IMG/VR virus record: IMGVR_UViG_3300042305_001986
Coordinates: 1-64,000 of that record
Length of the DNA stretch: 64,000 bases
Reading direction: 5' to 3' (one strand)
Origin: a virus
Within the stretch, counting starts at the first letter, position 1; each line of letters starts with the position of its first letter. The translations under genes and the position numbers were made by a program. Shown here in pieces: positions 28,725 through 38,172 of this stretch. The notes beneath the pieces were generated by a model, which was not told the origin of the DNA, searched no databases, and worked only from the letters and a program-made list of their open reading frames with translations.

Positions 28725-29329
28725 GAATTGCTTTTGAGGTGAATGGTGTTCTTCGGGACACCATTAAAAAATTGGAGTCCACATATGAGAAATATTTGAT
28801 TGATGAATTGGAAGTTGGTGAGGAAGAAGAACAATTTCAATATGAAATAGTAAGACCTATTGATACGGAAATCATTAAAGATCATTTCAGGTTTCAATCC
28901 GATGATGAACTCTATGAATTCATCTATATCGAAAATCCTATGACCATCTTCGGTCATGCACCCTCAACTGAAATGAATACATTTCAAGTTCTGAATCAAA
29001 TATATAAAGACCTAAGAGATGACAATCAAATAATTATTGTTTCAGATGAAATTGGAAGATCAAAGCCTTCCACTTTATTTTTCCTTTCAAAATTTGGATG
29101 TGAAATAGAGGAGATATTATTTTATAATGATAAAACTATCGATCGTATTTTGAAGGATGTTGATGTGTTGGTAACTTGTAATACTTCACTAATAAAGGAC
29201 TATAAAAACTGGATTCCGAATGTAGTTTTATTTAGTAACGAACAAAACTCATCTTATGATTACGATAAAAGGATTTACTCTTTAGAGGAATTTATAAATT
29301 TTTATAAAAATAATATAATTAATGTTTAA
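28721..29329 (+). CDS. HAD-like (5'-nucleotidase-type) protein with degenerate motif I
   Basis: MRIAFEVNGVLRD resembles DxDGVL. Confidence 0.5.
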   Translation: MRIAFEVNGVLRDTIKKLESTYEKYLIDELEVGEEEEQFQYEIVRPIDTEIIKDHFRFQSDDELYEFIYIENPMTIFGHAPSTEMNTFQVLNQIYKDLRDDNQIIIVSDEIGRSKPSTLFFLSKFGCEIEEILFYNDKTIDRILKDVDVLVTCNTSLIKDYKNWIPNVVLFSNEQNSSYDYDKRIYSLEEFINFYKNNIINV

Positions 29330-29630
29330 AATTTTTGGAGATGAATGGTATTTAGATTTAAATCATCTGGATGCTAAACTTCGTATTGACACAAAACCAA
29401 CACAAGTCATTACAGAAGAAGACGGAGTTGATGTTGATGAAAAAATTTCAATAAATGTTGTAAGTTATGAAGTTTACAAATTTTTGATTGAAGTTTTGTT
29501 AACAGAAAAAGAAGATATTGATGAAAATATGGGAATGAGAGGAAGTGATGTCCCCCTAGATTTTAAATTAGCATTTAATACCTTAGTTAAAGATAATATA
29601 TTGAAAAAAACAGAAGACGATGACAGATAA
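29322..29630 (+). CDS. Hypothetical protein
   Basis: Coupled ORF. Confidence 0.6.
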   Translation: MFKIFGDEWYLDLNHLDAKLRIDTKPTQVITEEDGVDVDEKISINVVSYEVYKFLIEVLLTEKEDIDENMGMRGSDVPLDFKLAFNTLVKDNILKKTEDDDR

Positions 29631-30684
29631 TATAGTAAAAATAGAAAAAACTATTTTATCACTTAAGAATGGAACCAATAAGTTTTATTTTTTTGTGCAA
29701 GATACAAAAGGAAACCCCAAAGCATCAATAAAATACATTTATGATTTGGCAAATGCTTTGAAACAAAATGGAAAAAACGCAATCATTTTGTTTGAAGAAA
29801 AAGGATATACCTCACACAAAACATGGTTGGGTGAAGGATATGAGGATCTCGAAGAGAATTATGTAAATGGTCAGAATTTACAGGTTGGAGTTGAAGATTT
29901 TTTGATCATTCCAGAACTCCTTGGATATATCATCGAACAGGTTCAAAACCTACCTTGTGGAAAAATTATTTTAACACAAGCATATGATCATGTATTTGAA
30001 ACACTTAAACCAGGTCAAAGTTGGAATGGATTTGGTGTTTATAAATGCGTAACAACATCTGAAATTTTAGCCGAAAAGGTTAGAGATATTTTCAGGAGCG
30101 TTTCCGTTGATGTTTTACCTATCCCTCTTTCAAAATACGCAACCGAAAAGGATAAACCAGCAAAACCAATTATTGCAATTCATTCAAGAGAACAGAGGGA
30201 TTCATTGAATTTGATTAAAATTTTCTATCAGAAATATCCTCAATATCGTTGGTTTACATTCCGTGATATGAGATCCATGAACCAAGATGAATTTTATGAA
30301 CCTCTTAAAGACGCATGTGTTTCGGTTTGGATAGATGAGAAATCATCTTTCGGAACATTCCCATTGGAATCCATGGCGGCGGGAACACCTGTGATTGGAA
30401 GAATTCCATACATCGAACCTGAATGGATTAATGAAAAGAATGGTATTTGGACCACAAATAACTTTGAGTTGGTTGATATTTTGGCCGAGTATATTAAAAA
30501 TTGGTTAGAAGATAATGTATCCGAAACTTTAATTCAAGAGGGTTTGGATACCGTAAAGAAATATCAAAATAACCAAGAGTTTGTAACTCTTTCAAATCAA
30601 TTGTTTGAAGAATATGTTTCTAATCGAGTTGAATCATTGGAACAACAATTAGATAAACTTAAACCAGTAGAAGCTGAACTATGA
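29620..30684 (+). CDS. GT-B (GT4-like) glycosyltransferase
   Basis: DFLIIPE; SSFGTFPLESMAAGTPVIG. Confidence 0.75.
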   Translation: MTDNIVKIEKTILSLKNGTNKFYFFVQDTKGNPKASIKYIYDLANALKQNGKNAIILFEEKGYTSHKTWLGEGYEDLEENYVNGQNLQVGVEDFLIIPELLGYIIEQVQNLPCGKIILTQAYDHVFETLKPGQSWNGFGVYKCVTTSEILAEKVRDIFRSVSVDVLPIPLSKYATEKDKPAKPIIAIHSREQRDSLNLIKIFYQKYPQYRWFTFRDMRSMNQDEFYEPLKDACVSVWIDEKSSFGTFPLESMAAGTPVIGRIPYIEPEWINEKNGIWTTNNFELVDILAEYIKNWLEDNVSETLIQEGLDTVKKYQNNQEFVTLSNQLFEEYVSNRVESLEQQLDKLKPVEAEL

Positions 30685-31520
30685 TCACATCAAATACAAC
30701 AATAATTTTACCAATTAAATCATCAAAGTCTTTGGATTTTTCGGATTTTTTTTCTAAACTAATCGAATCAATTCAAAAACAAAAAGTATTACCAACAGAA
30801 TTAATCATTGTACCTACCGCCGAAGAATCACTTCAGCTATTCTTGACAGATTATGATTTTGGTGATTTACAAAATATAGTTAAAATTGATACTTACGAAG
30901 GAGAACCTTCGTTTCAATCCCAAGTAAACTATGGTGTATCAAAAGCAACCAACGAGTGGGTTTCTTTTTGTGAATTTGATGATGAATACTCAGCTATTTG
31001 GTTCAAAAATGTAGAAATCTATAAACAAGCGTATCCCGACTCTCAGGCGTTTTTACCTGTAGTTGTTGATGTTGATGATAAAAACCAATTTGCAGGTTTC
31101 ACCAACGAAGCAACCTTTGCTGCAAACTTCAACTTGGATTATGGTATAGTTACAAACGAGTTACTTGCTCGTTTTCAGAATTTCCAAAGTAGTGGAATGG
31201 TTATCAAGAAAGAAACATTCTTAGACTATGGAGGTTTTAAAGAGTCAATGAAGTTAACATTTGTGTATGAATTCTTAATGAGAATGACATATAATTCCGC
31301 AATTATAAGAACCATCCCTAAGATTGGTTACAAACATACGAATATGAGGTTAGGATCCATTTTTTGGAATTATAAGTTCGGTGAAAGTCCTTTAAGTCCT
31401 GATGAGGCTAAGTTTTGGTTAGAAGTAGCTAAAAAAGAATATTTCTTTATTCAGGATAGGGAAATAAAATACGAACCTGAATTAGTGGATGAATCCAACA
31501 TCAGCAGTAACGGAAACTGA
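30681..31520 (+). CDS. GT2-like glycosyltransferase
   Basis: TIILPI, QVNYGV, WVSFCEFDDEY, FLDYGGF. Confidence 0.75.
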   Translation: MITSNTTIILPIKSSKSLDFSDFFSKLIESIQKQKVLPTELIIVPTAEESLQLFLTDYDFGDLQNIVKIDTYEGEPSFQSQVNYGVSKATNEWVSFCEFDDEYSAIWFKNVEIYKQAYPDSQAFLPVVVDVDDKNQFAGFTNEATFAANFNLDYGIVTNELLARFQNFQSSGMVIKKETFLDYGGFKESMKLTFVYEFLMRMTYNSAIIRTIPKIGYKHTNMRLGSIFWNYKFGESPLSPDEAKFWLEVAKKEYFFIQDREIKYEPELVDESNISSNGN

Positions 31521-32232
31521 AAAAGTTAAGAAGGGACGTAAACCCAAAGAAAAAAATTATTTCGCCGAGAGGGAGGAACATGCAGTTCGTATGTTCCTTC
31601 AGGCCGAAACGTGGGGTGAAAAAAACAAAATCTATGATGAGTTTCTCCACGCACCATTGGATAAGATGATTTCATCAATCATAAGAAGATACAAGTTATA
31701 TAGAAAAGATATGGATTTTAATGATATTCATAGTGATACACATTCTTTTTTATTAACCAAAGTAGATAAATTTCAACCTGAAAAAAACAAAAAAGCATAT
31801 TCATATTTCGGAACTATATGTAAAAACTATTTGATGGGTCAGATTATAAAAGACCAAAAAGATCAGAATAGAAGAATTTCATATGAGGATATTTCAAGTA
31901 ATTTAGAAAATAGACCAGACTTGGTGTATTATTTGGAATATGAGAACGTGGAAACGACTGAACTTATTGATATGTATGTTGAAAAACTTGAGGATTTTAT
32001 CGAAAAGTCAGATTTGAATACAAACGAAATAAAGTTGGGATATGCTCTTGTTGAATTATTAAAAAACTATGAGAGAGTTTTTTTGGGTAATGATAACAAC
32101 AAATTCAATAAAAATGTTATACTCCTTTCAATAAGAGAAATGACAAATATGTCAACCAAGGAAGTGAGGAGTTCAATCAAAAAATACCGTCATCTATACT
32201 ATGAATTTTTAAATAAATTAAATTCTGAATAA
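31489..32232 (+). CDS. Putative phage RNA polymerase sigma factor (gp55-like, late)
   Basis: KNYF..; DKFQPEKNKKAYSYFGTICKNYL resembles sigma region 2 of T4-like late sigma factors. Confidence 0.6.
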   Translation: MNPTSAVTETEKVKKGRKPKEKNYFAEREEHAVRMFLQAETWGEKNKIYDEFLHAPLDKMISSIIRRYKLYRKDMDFNDIHSDTHSFLLTKVDKFQPEKNKKAYSYFGTICKNYLMGQIIKDQKDQNRRISYEDISSNLENRPDLVYYLEYENVETTELIDMYVEKLEDFIEKSDLNTNEIKLGYALVELLKNYERVFLGNDNNKFNKNVILLSIREMTNMSTKEVRSSIKKYRHLYYEFLNKLNSE

Positions 32233-32240
32233 TTATAGAT

Positions 32241-32612
32241 ATGACAAAACCACGCAGAAAAGAAATCAAATTATCTAAAGATTCAATCTTGGGTTTGATG
32301 CAGGAAATTTACAACGAGTTGGTTGAACAAAGAAATACCGCAGTGAGACTTCAAAACAAGATGGCATCCATGATGAAGGATCCTGAAGATTTGACGGTAT
32401 TAGGTCCTATTATCAAAGAACAACAAAAAATAATAAATGATACCATTGAGAAAAAATTAAGTTTGTCAAAACTTCAATCTCAGATTTGGGAAAAATCTAA
32501 TAACCAAAGTGAAGAAAATTTCAGTTTGAGTGAAATTGATGATGATGTTCTTCAAAATTTGATCGGAAAAGACATTGACAAACTTGATGATGGTAAATAT
32601 CATCTTAAGTAA
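32241..32612 (+). CDS. Hypothetical coiled-coil protein
   Basis: Clean ORF; heptad-like pattern. Confidence 0.6.
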   Translation: MTKPRRKEIKLSKDSILGLMQEIYNELVEQRNTAVRLQNKMASMMKDPEDLTVLGPIIKEQQKIINDTIEKKLSLSKLQSQIWEKSNNQSEENFSLSEIDDDVLQNLIGKDIDKLDDGKYHLK

Positions 32613-34549
32613 TGGCTCTTGATTTAAATAGTGAATTTAGTGAGATCCAACAAAAGATCAAGAGTGGTCAGACCTACAAAAAGATATCCAAACAAATAAA
32701 GGATATTGAAAAAAAGGCTGGAGATGCTGAGACTGCGAGTAATAAATTTTTCTCAGAAACATTAAATTCAGCTAAAGATAAGGCAACACAAAAATTTAAC
32801 TCATCTCAAGTAAAAAATCAGTATGATCAATTATTAGATTTAGTAAGAAATCCTGAAACTGGTAATGAAACAATAGATATTTTACTAAAGGCAATGCTAA
32901 ACGCTTCTAGAGAAGTTAAAAATCAACTCCCTACCCTTCTCACAGATTCTACAATCAAAGCCTTAGGATGTGATCAAGAACAACAGTATGTTCCCAACGA
33001 AAAAATATACATCAAACTTGATTCGATTGATCTTTTAGATTATTTGAAGTATTCTCCCGACAATAATAAAACCAAAATATTATACGAAAAAGATCCACTT
33101 TCTGTTCAAAATAATCCATTCTCTATGAACAGAGAATTATATAATCGGACTTTAAGTAATCAAAGTTATTCTGAACAATATGGTCAGTTTTATAGAGGAA
33201 ATTCGGGACAAGATCTTTTTGATATCAAGTATGTTACTCAAGATCTAAATACCGGTAATTTTGGTGATTTTTACGAAATAACACTTCAACCAAAACTTAA
33301 TTCACCTACTACCGTTTCTGACTTTTTAGTGGATTACTATCAAAGTGTGACAATATTTGAATTTTCAGATATCTCTAAAAATATTATGAATTTACTTACG
33401 GGTAGTGTTGATATGTCTTTGGATGTAGGTCAAAAAAAGTTGGAGGATATCTCGGTTTCGTTAAAAATAATACAAAGAATTTTGGGACTTTGTTTTGATA
33501 ATACTCAAGAAATTGAGGTGGGTGGAACATCAAAAGTGTCTGTCTTAGAAGAAATTGATGACTCATTTTTTGAGTTATCTGAATTTGAACTACGAGATGT
33601 TGAAAATGAGGTAAATAATGTTATAAATCGAGTTTCAGAATTTGAGGGATGTGATAGTATCAAATTACCTGTAGACTACAATCAAATTATTAATAATGTC
33701 TCTAAAATATGGGAAAATCCGTCAAACAAAACGGACGATCAACTACAAGAGGAGCTTGTAGAATACATAAAGGAAACTTCACAAAATCCTGAATGGTCAC
33801 CAACTCTTCCAACAATTGATTTCAATACGGTTTTAAATTTAGAAGTATTAAAGCAACTTCCTAAAACAATAGTTATGTCTTTGATCAGTCCAAAAATCTT
33901 ATTACCGATCTTCATAATGTTTAAAGCTTTAAAACAAAACTTCGTTGATTTGGTTGAAGATTTCCAAAGTTTCTTGAAACATATGAGGAATATTATGGTA
34001 ACTCTGATTGCTGAAATTCAAGCCAAGTTCAAGGAAGTTTTGGTTGACATCATAAAAAAACAGATCTACAAGATCATAGTATCTTTAAACAAAGATATTA
34101 GTGAAAAAACAAAAAGTACTTATATACTGATAGTTACAAAATTACTTTCAATAGCATTTGTTTTGGTAAATTTAATTCGTGACTATAAAAGATGTCGAAG
34201 TATAGTGGATGAATTATTAACTTTATTGAGGTTATTGGGTCCCAAGTTAAAAATACCACTTCCCGCATTGGCATTTTCTTCCTTATTGGAAGGTTTTTCT
34301 ACAGTAAGAGCATTCAACAATCACGTTGAAACTTTAGATAAACTGGGTTTTCCCACTGGTGATTTACCTGACGGATCTCCCAATTTGGGATTAATTTCCA
34401 ATTTCTCTTTGATTTCGGCATATAAAAAGGAGTTAGATGAAAATTCTAAACTTCAGATTTCAACAGTGGATCTCGGAAGTCAACAACCCTTAATTCCTTT
34501 GGCAGGACCATTTTTGGGACCTGGCGTAATGTATGGTAAATTAACATGA
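32612..34549 (+). CDS. Large helical hypothetical protein, probably structural (645 aa)
   Basis: Long ORF upstream of the spike-like gene. Confidence 0.55.
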   Translation: MALDLNSEFSEIQQKIKSGQTYKKISKQIKDIEKKAGDAETASNKFFSETLNSAKDKATQKFNSSQVKNQYDQLLDLVRNPETGNETIDILLKAMLNASREVKNQLPTLLTDSTIKALGCDQEQQYVPNEKIYIKLDSIDLLDYLKYSPDNNKTKILYEKDPLSVQNNPFSMNRELYNRTLSNQSYSEQYGQFYRGNSGQDLFDIKYVTQDLNTGNFGDFYEITLQPKLNSPTTVSDFLVDYYQSVTIFEFSDISKNIMNLLTGSVDMSLDVGQKKLEDISVSLKIIQRILGLCFDNTQEIEVGGTSKVSVLEEIDDSFFELSEFELRDVENEVNNVINRVSEFEGCDSIKLPVDYNQIINNVSKIWENPSNKTDDQLQEELVEYIKETSQNPEWSPTLPTIDFNTVLNLEVLKQLPKTIVMSLISPKILLPIFIMFKALKQNFVDLVEDFQSFLKHMRNIMVTLIAEIQAKFKEVLVDIIKKQIYKIIVSLNKDISEKTKSTYILIVTKLLSIAFVLVNLIRDYKRCRSIVDELLTLLRLLGPKLKIPLPALAFSSLLEGFSTVRAFNNHVETLDKLGFPTGDLPDGSPNLGLISNFSLISAYKKELDENSKLQISTVDLGSQQPLIPLAGPFLGPGVMYGKLT

Positions 34550-34758
34550 TTACAGAAAATGAACAAAAATTTATCAAACAGGTAATTTCTGATTTTGATA
34601 ATACACCAAACAAAAAAATCACAGAGGTTTTGGATATCCTCCGTAGAGATTTTGACGACTCAAAAAAAATCATCGAAAGAGTTTCAGAGCATATGAAAAT
34701 AACTGAAACTGTTTATAATGAACTTTTGGTAAAATATAAAAATAGAACAAATTCATAA
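34546..34758 (+). CDS. Hypothetical protein
   Basis: ATGA overlap with upstream gene. Confidence 0.6.
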   Translation: MITENEQKFIKQVISDFDNTPNKKITEVLDILRRDFDDSKKIIERVSEHMKITETVYNELLVKYKNRTNS

Positions 34759-34761
34759 CGA

Positions 34762-36306
34762 ATGATTGATGCAAGTAGTTCGAGTACAAAGATAATTCAT
34801 CCTGGTGTATGTATATCGGTTGATGACCCTTTGGTCATTGGTAGAATTCGTGCCCATCCGTCCACACGATATATCAATGATATTGTCAAAGCAAGTTTTC
34901 CAAATGAAGTGTTCGATATACCAGGTGATATCCCATCTAAATATTTTTGGACAAAAAGAGATCCATTTGTTTTTAACTCACTTATTCCTTACTTTTTTAG
35001 ACAAGTCCCTCGTGTTGGTGAGTATGTTCATATCATTTATTCAAATCCAAGTTTTCAGGATGATAAGAACAAATTTTATGTTCAAGGTCCGATTTCATCA
35101 CCTACTCTTCAATACAAAGATGTTGCTGCAAATGCAGAACAATTGTTAACTTTGGGTGATAGAGTAAAATCTATGCCCAACCTTAAAAATTCTGACGGTT
35201 CATATAAAAACCCCAAAACCCAATCTATTTTCCCTGACCCTAATGACGTGGCAATTTTGGGAAGATACAACACGGACATAATATTAAAGGATGAAGATGT
35301 TATATTGAGGGCTGGAAAAGCAAAATCTATTGGTTTAAAGAATGCCAACGGATCAACATTTCCTTATGAGAACCCAAGAAGATCTTTTATTCAATTAAGT
35401 AACTTAGAAACTACGACTTCAGAAAAAACAATCAAGAAAGTTTTTAAAGCCGAGCAAACAGATGCTAATTTAACATACTTGGTTGAATGGGATATAATAA
35501 ATCTTAATAGTGGTGCTAATTTTACGGGTTCAATTTATTTTTATAGAATTGATGCTGGTCAAAATACAAAAACAAAAGATGTTTTACCTGACACCGTTAT
35601 TGAAGGAAAAACTTTAGCTTATAAAGAAGATTTTCAGGGTTTGTCTATGAGTGCAGCAACTGAATTTATCAATACCACAATGGCTAAGTTTAAAAATTCT
35701 ACCCTTACCATTTCCCCCTCTTTAGGGAATGTTTTTCCTTTTTATTATAGACCTAGTCAAAATGTTTTAAATACCACAACTCAAACCTCAGATCCCCTTT
35801 CTTTGGTCAATGCGTTGTCTTTTCAAAGTCAGATAGGTTTATCTTTGAGTTCAACAGAATCATCAGGTTTTGGGGGGTTCGGTTTAATCTTCTCGAAAGA
35901 TAAAAAAGGTAATCCAATTCAAATTAAACAGATTAATTTGGAGGACAGTAAAACCTCATCCGATAATTCTACAGTTCAAATATTTGGTGCAGATAAATTC
36001 TACTTTATATCACATCAATCTACAATACCCGGAAAAAAGAAAATCAATTTAGAAGGAACCAATTATGGAGTTTCGGGTGATTTTATAAATGAAAATGTTA
36101 TTGAAAACGTTTCATCTATGGTCAGAGGTGAGGAGTTATTAGAGTTATTGAATTATATCATTCAGTATTTGATAACTCACGTTCACTCATATCATGGATT
36201 ACCACCAGTACCAACCACAACAAACGGATCAACAACAACTGAATTGATGAAAAAGATGATGGACGCTTACCAAAAAGTTTTGAGTCAAAACTTTAAGTTG
36301 AATTGA
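34762..36306 (+). CDS. Putative baseplate central spike (gp5/VgrG OB-fold-like)
   Basis: GVCISVDDPLVIGRIRA..VPRVGEYVHI OB-fold pattern; ILGRYNTDI; C-terminal VRGEEL..THVH (HxH). Confidence 0.6.
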   Translation: MIDASSSSTKIIHPGVCISVDDPLVIGRIRAHPSTRYINDIVKASFPNEVFDIPGDIPSKYFWTKRDPFVFNSLIPYFFRQVPRVGEYVHIIYSNPSFQDDKNKFYVQGPISSPTLQYKDVAANAEQLLTLGDRVKSMPNLKNSDGSYKNPKTQSIFPDPNDVAILGRYNTDIILKDEDVILRAGKAKSIGLKNANGSTFPYENPRRSFIQLSNLETTTSEKTIKKVFKAEQTDANLTYLVEWDIINLNSGANFTGSIYFYRIDAGQNTKTKDVLPDTVIEGKTLAYKEDFQGLSMSAATEFINTTMAKFKNSTLTISPSLGNVFPFYYRPSQNVLNTTTQTSDPLSLVNALSFQSQIGLSLSSTESSGFGGFGLIFSKDKKGNPIQIKQINLEDSKTSSDNSTVQIFGADKFYFISHQSTIPGKKKINLEGTNYGVSGDFINENVIENVSSMVRGEELLELLNYIIQYLITHVHSYHGLPPVPTTTNGSTTTELMKKMMDAYQKVLSQNFKLN

Positions 36307-36328
36307 TATTTATAGATAAAATATCAAT

Positions 36329-37828
36329 ATGTCTGACCATCGTTCGTATTTTAGTAGAAACAATACCATAGTTTTTAATTCTGAGGTAAACACGGGGAGA
36401 AACCCTGTTACAGAATTATTTTTTGGATCAAACTTTCCAGCCATAGGAACAAAATCTTTCTCAAGATTTATTTTTGATCTTGATTTAGAACCCCTCCAAC
36501 AGAAAATTACTGAAGGATATCTTAATTTATCCTGTAATACAAATATCACTCACGAATTAAGAATGACCAATTCCTCGGCCTTTGAGGATCTATTGAATGA
36601 AACGAATAGTGATGGTAGAAGAAGGTCAACTTCATTTGATTTGATTCTTTTTAGAATACCAAAATCGGGTGGTGCAACAGGAACAACACAGAGTTGGGAT
36701 GAAGGTGTTGGATATGATTTCAACGAAACCTCAGTAGATAATGTTGACAGTCAATATTATAGAAACATTATTGAAACTGATAAATCCTATTCATTGAGAC
36801 CATCAAATTACTTTGACAGACAACTTATTTACGATTGGAGCACAAACGGAATTTATATAAATGACAATAGTGGAACAAGTGGTAAGGTCAATTATTCTGC
36901 ACTCACCATTGTAGATACACAACATTTTGAGTTTGGTGATGAGGACATTTCATTTGACATGACGAGTGAAATTAACTCTATTTTAAACGGATCTTTAACC
37001 AATAATGTAGGGTGGGGTATTGCTTATGTACCACAAGTAGAAAACTTAACAGGTTTGAGTGAATCATATTTTGTAGGATTCTTCACAAGACACACTCAAA
37101 CATTTTATGAACCCTACCTTTACTCCACATGGAATGATGTAATCGATGATTCAAGAACCAATTTCACCGAAGGTACATCCAATGATCTTTATCTCTACAT
37201 ATCAAGGAACGGATCTCCAATAAATTTGGATTCAAGTCCTACGGTGGACATCTTGGATCCAAACGGAGATGAAATTGCGGGATTGACAGGTATTTCAACC
37301 TGTAGAGTTAGTAAAGGGATATATAAGGTTTCAGTACCTGCCATTACGGGGGGAAGTTTGAATTGTTTATATACCGATAGATGGAAAAATCTTGTGTTAA
37401 ATAGTGTTGCTTTATCCAATATTGATAATGAATTTGAACTCAAATCATATAGTGATAGTTTACAATATGACACCTCATTACCCGACACTCAAGAGTACGG
37501 ATTTACATTCTATGGAATTCAATACGCTGAGAAAATATTGAACACCGATCAAAGAAAAATATCGGTTATACCTAAAAAAGCATATACAAAGTCACATATT
37601 GTGGAAGATATTGATGTTCAATATAGAATATATGTAAAGGAGGGTCAAACAGAGGTTCAAGTTACAGATTGGACTGAACTTAATAGAACCCCACAAGAAT
37701 ACTTCTTCATATTAGATCTAAAAGACAAGATTCCAAATGAATATTTTATTGATTTACAACTAAATCAAAATAACAATGTTGTCACATACAAAAACGAAAT
37801 AAATTTCCAAGTCGTAAATAAAAAATGA
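36329..37828 (+). CDS. Virion structural protein (499 aa)
   Basis: SRFIFDLD, QSWDEGVG, THTF-like RHTQTFYEPYL patterns seen in large-phage baseplate-region proteins; TATTTAT at 36307-36313. Confidence 0.55.
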   Translation: MSDHRSYFSRNNTIVFNSEVNTGRNPVTELFFGSNFPAIGTKSFSRFIFDLDLEPLQQKITEGYLNLSCNTNITHELRMTNSSAFEDLLNETNSDGRRRSTSFDLILFRIPKSGGATGTTQSWDEGVGYDFNETSVDNVDSQYYRNIIETDKSYSLRPSNYFDRQLIYDWSTNGIYINDNSGTSGKVNYSALTIVDTQHFEFGDEDISFDMTSEINSILNGSLTNNVGWGIAYVPQVENLTGLSESYFVGFFTRHTQTFYEPYLYSTWNDVIDDSRTNFTEGTSNDLYLYISRNGSPINLDSSPTVDILDPNGDEIAGLTGISTCRVSKGIYKVSVPAITGGSLNCLYTDRWKNLVLNSVALSNIDNEFELKSYSDSLQYDTSLPDTQEYGFTFYGIQYAEKILNTDQRKISVIPKKAYTKSHIVEDIDVQYRIYVKEGQTEVQVTDWTELNRTPQEYFFILDLKDKIPNEYFIDLQLNQNNNVVTYKNEINFQVVNKK

Positions 37829-38079
37829 GTAAAATTATTTTAAATAATGAAGATATGAAAGAAATCTTGAGAAGATTCCTTATTGAAGCTTACATTACCG
37901 AGAAGAAGAAAAAATCAAATAAGTTATGTTCTCGTGGTATATCAGCAGCTAAAGCAAAATATGATGTATATCCAAGTGCATATGCTAATGGATATGCGGT
38001 TCAAGTGTGTAAAGGAAGGATGCCAGGTCTTGATGGTAAGAAAAGATGTTCAGGATCCTACTGTAAAGGTAAAAAATAA
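37825..38079 (+). CDS. Small basic Cys-containing protein (YPSAYA motif)
   Basis: CSRGISAAKAKYDVYPSAYANGYAVQVCKG, a motif recurrent in large-phage small proteins. Confidence 0.6.
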   Translation: MSKIILNNEDMKEILRRFLIEAYITEKKKKSNKLCSRGISAAKAKYDVYPSAYANGYAVQVCKGRMPGLDGKKRCSGSYCKGKK

Positions 38080-38096
38080 CCCCTTATTATTATTTA

Positions 38097-38157
38097 CTTA
38101 ACTTTCTCTTAACAACCTTCTTTTGACCTATTGTAATTATAGACGTATAATTTACAA
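38097..38157 (+). promoter_or_regulatory. Candidate operator: CTTAAC direct repeat with 11-bp period plus an imperfect palindrome
   Basis: CTTAAC at 38097 and 38108; TTGTAATTATA-gacg-TATAATTTACAA at 38131-38157. Confidence 0.4.
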
Positions 38158-38172
38158 TAAATTTAAAAAAAG

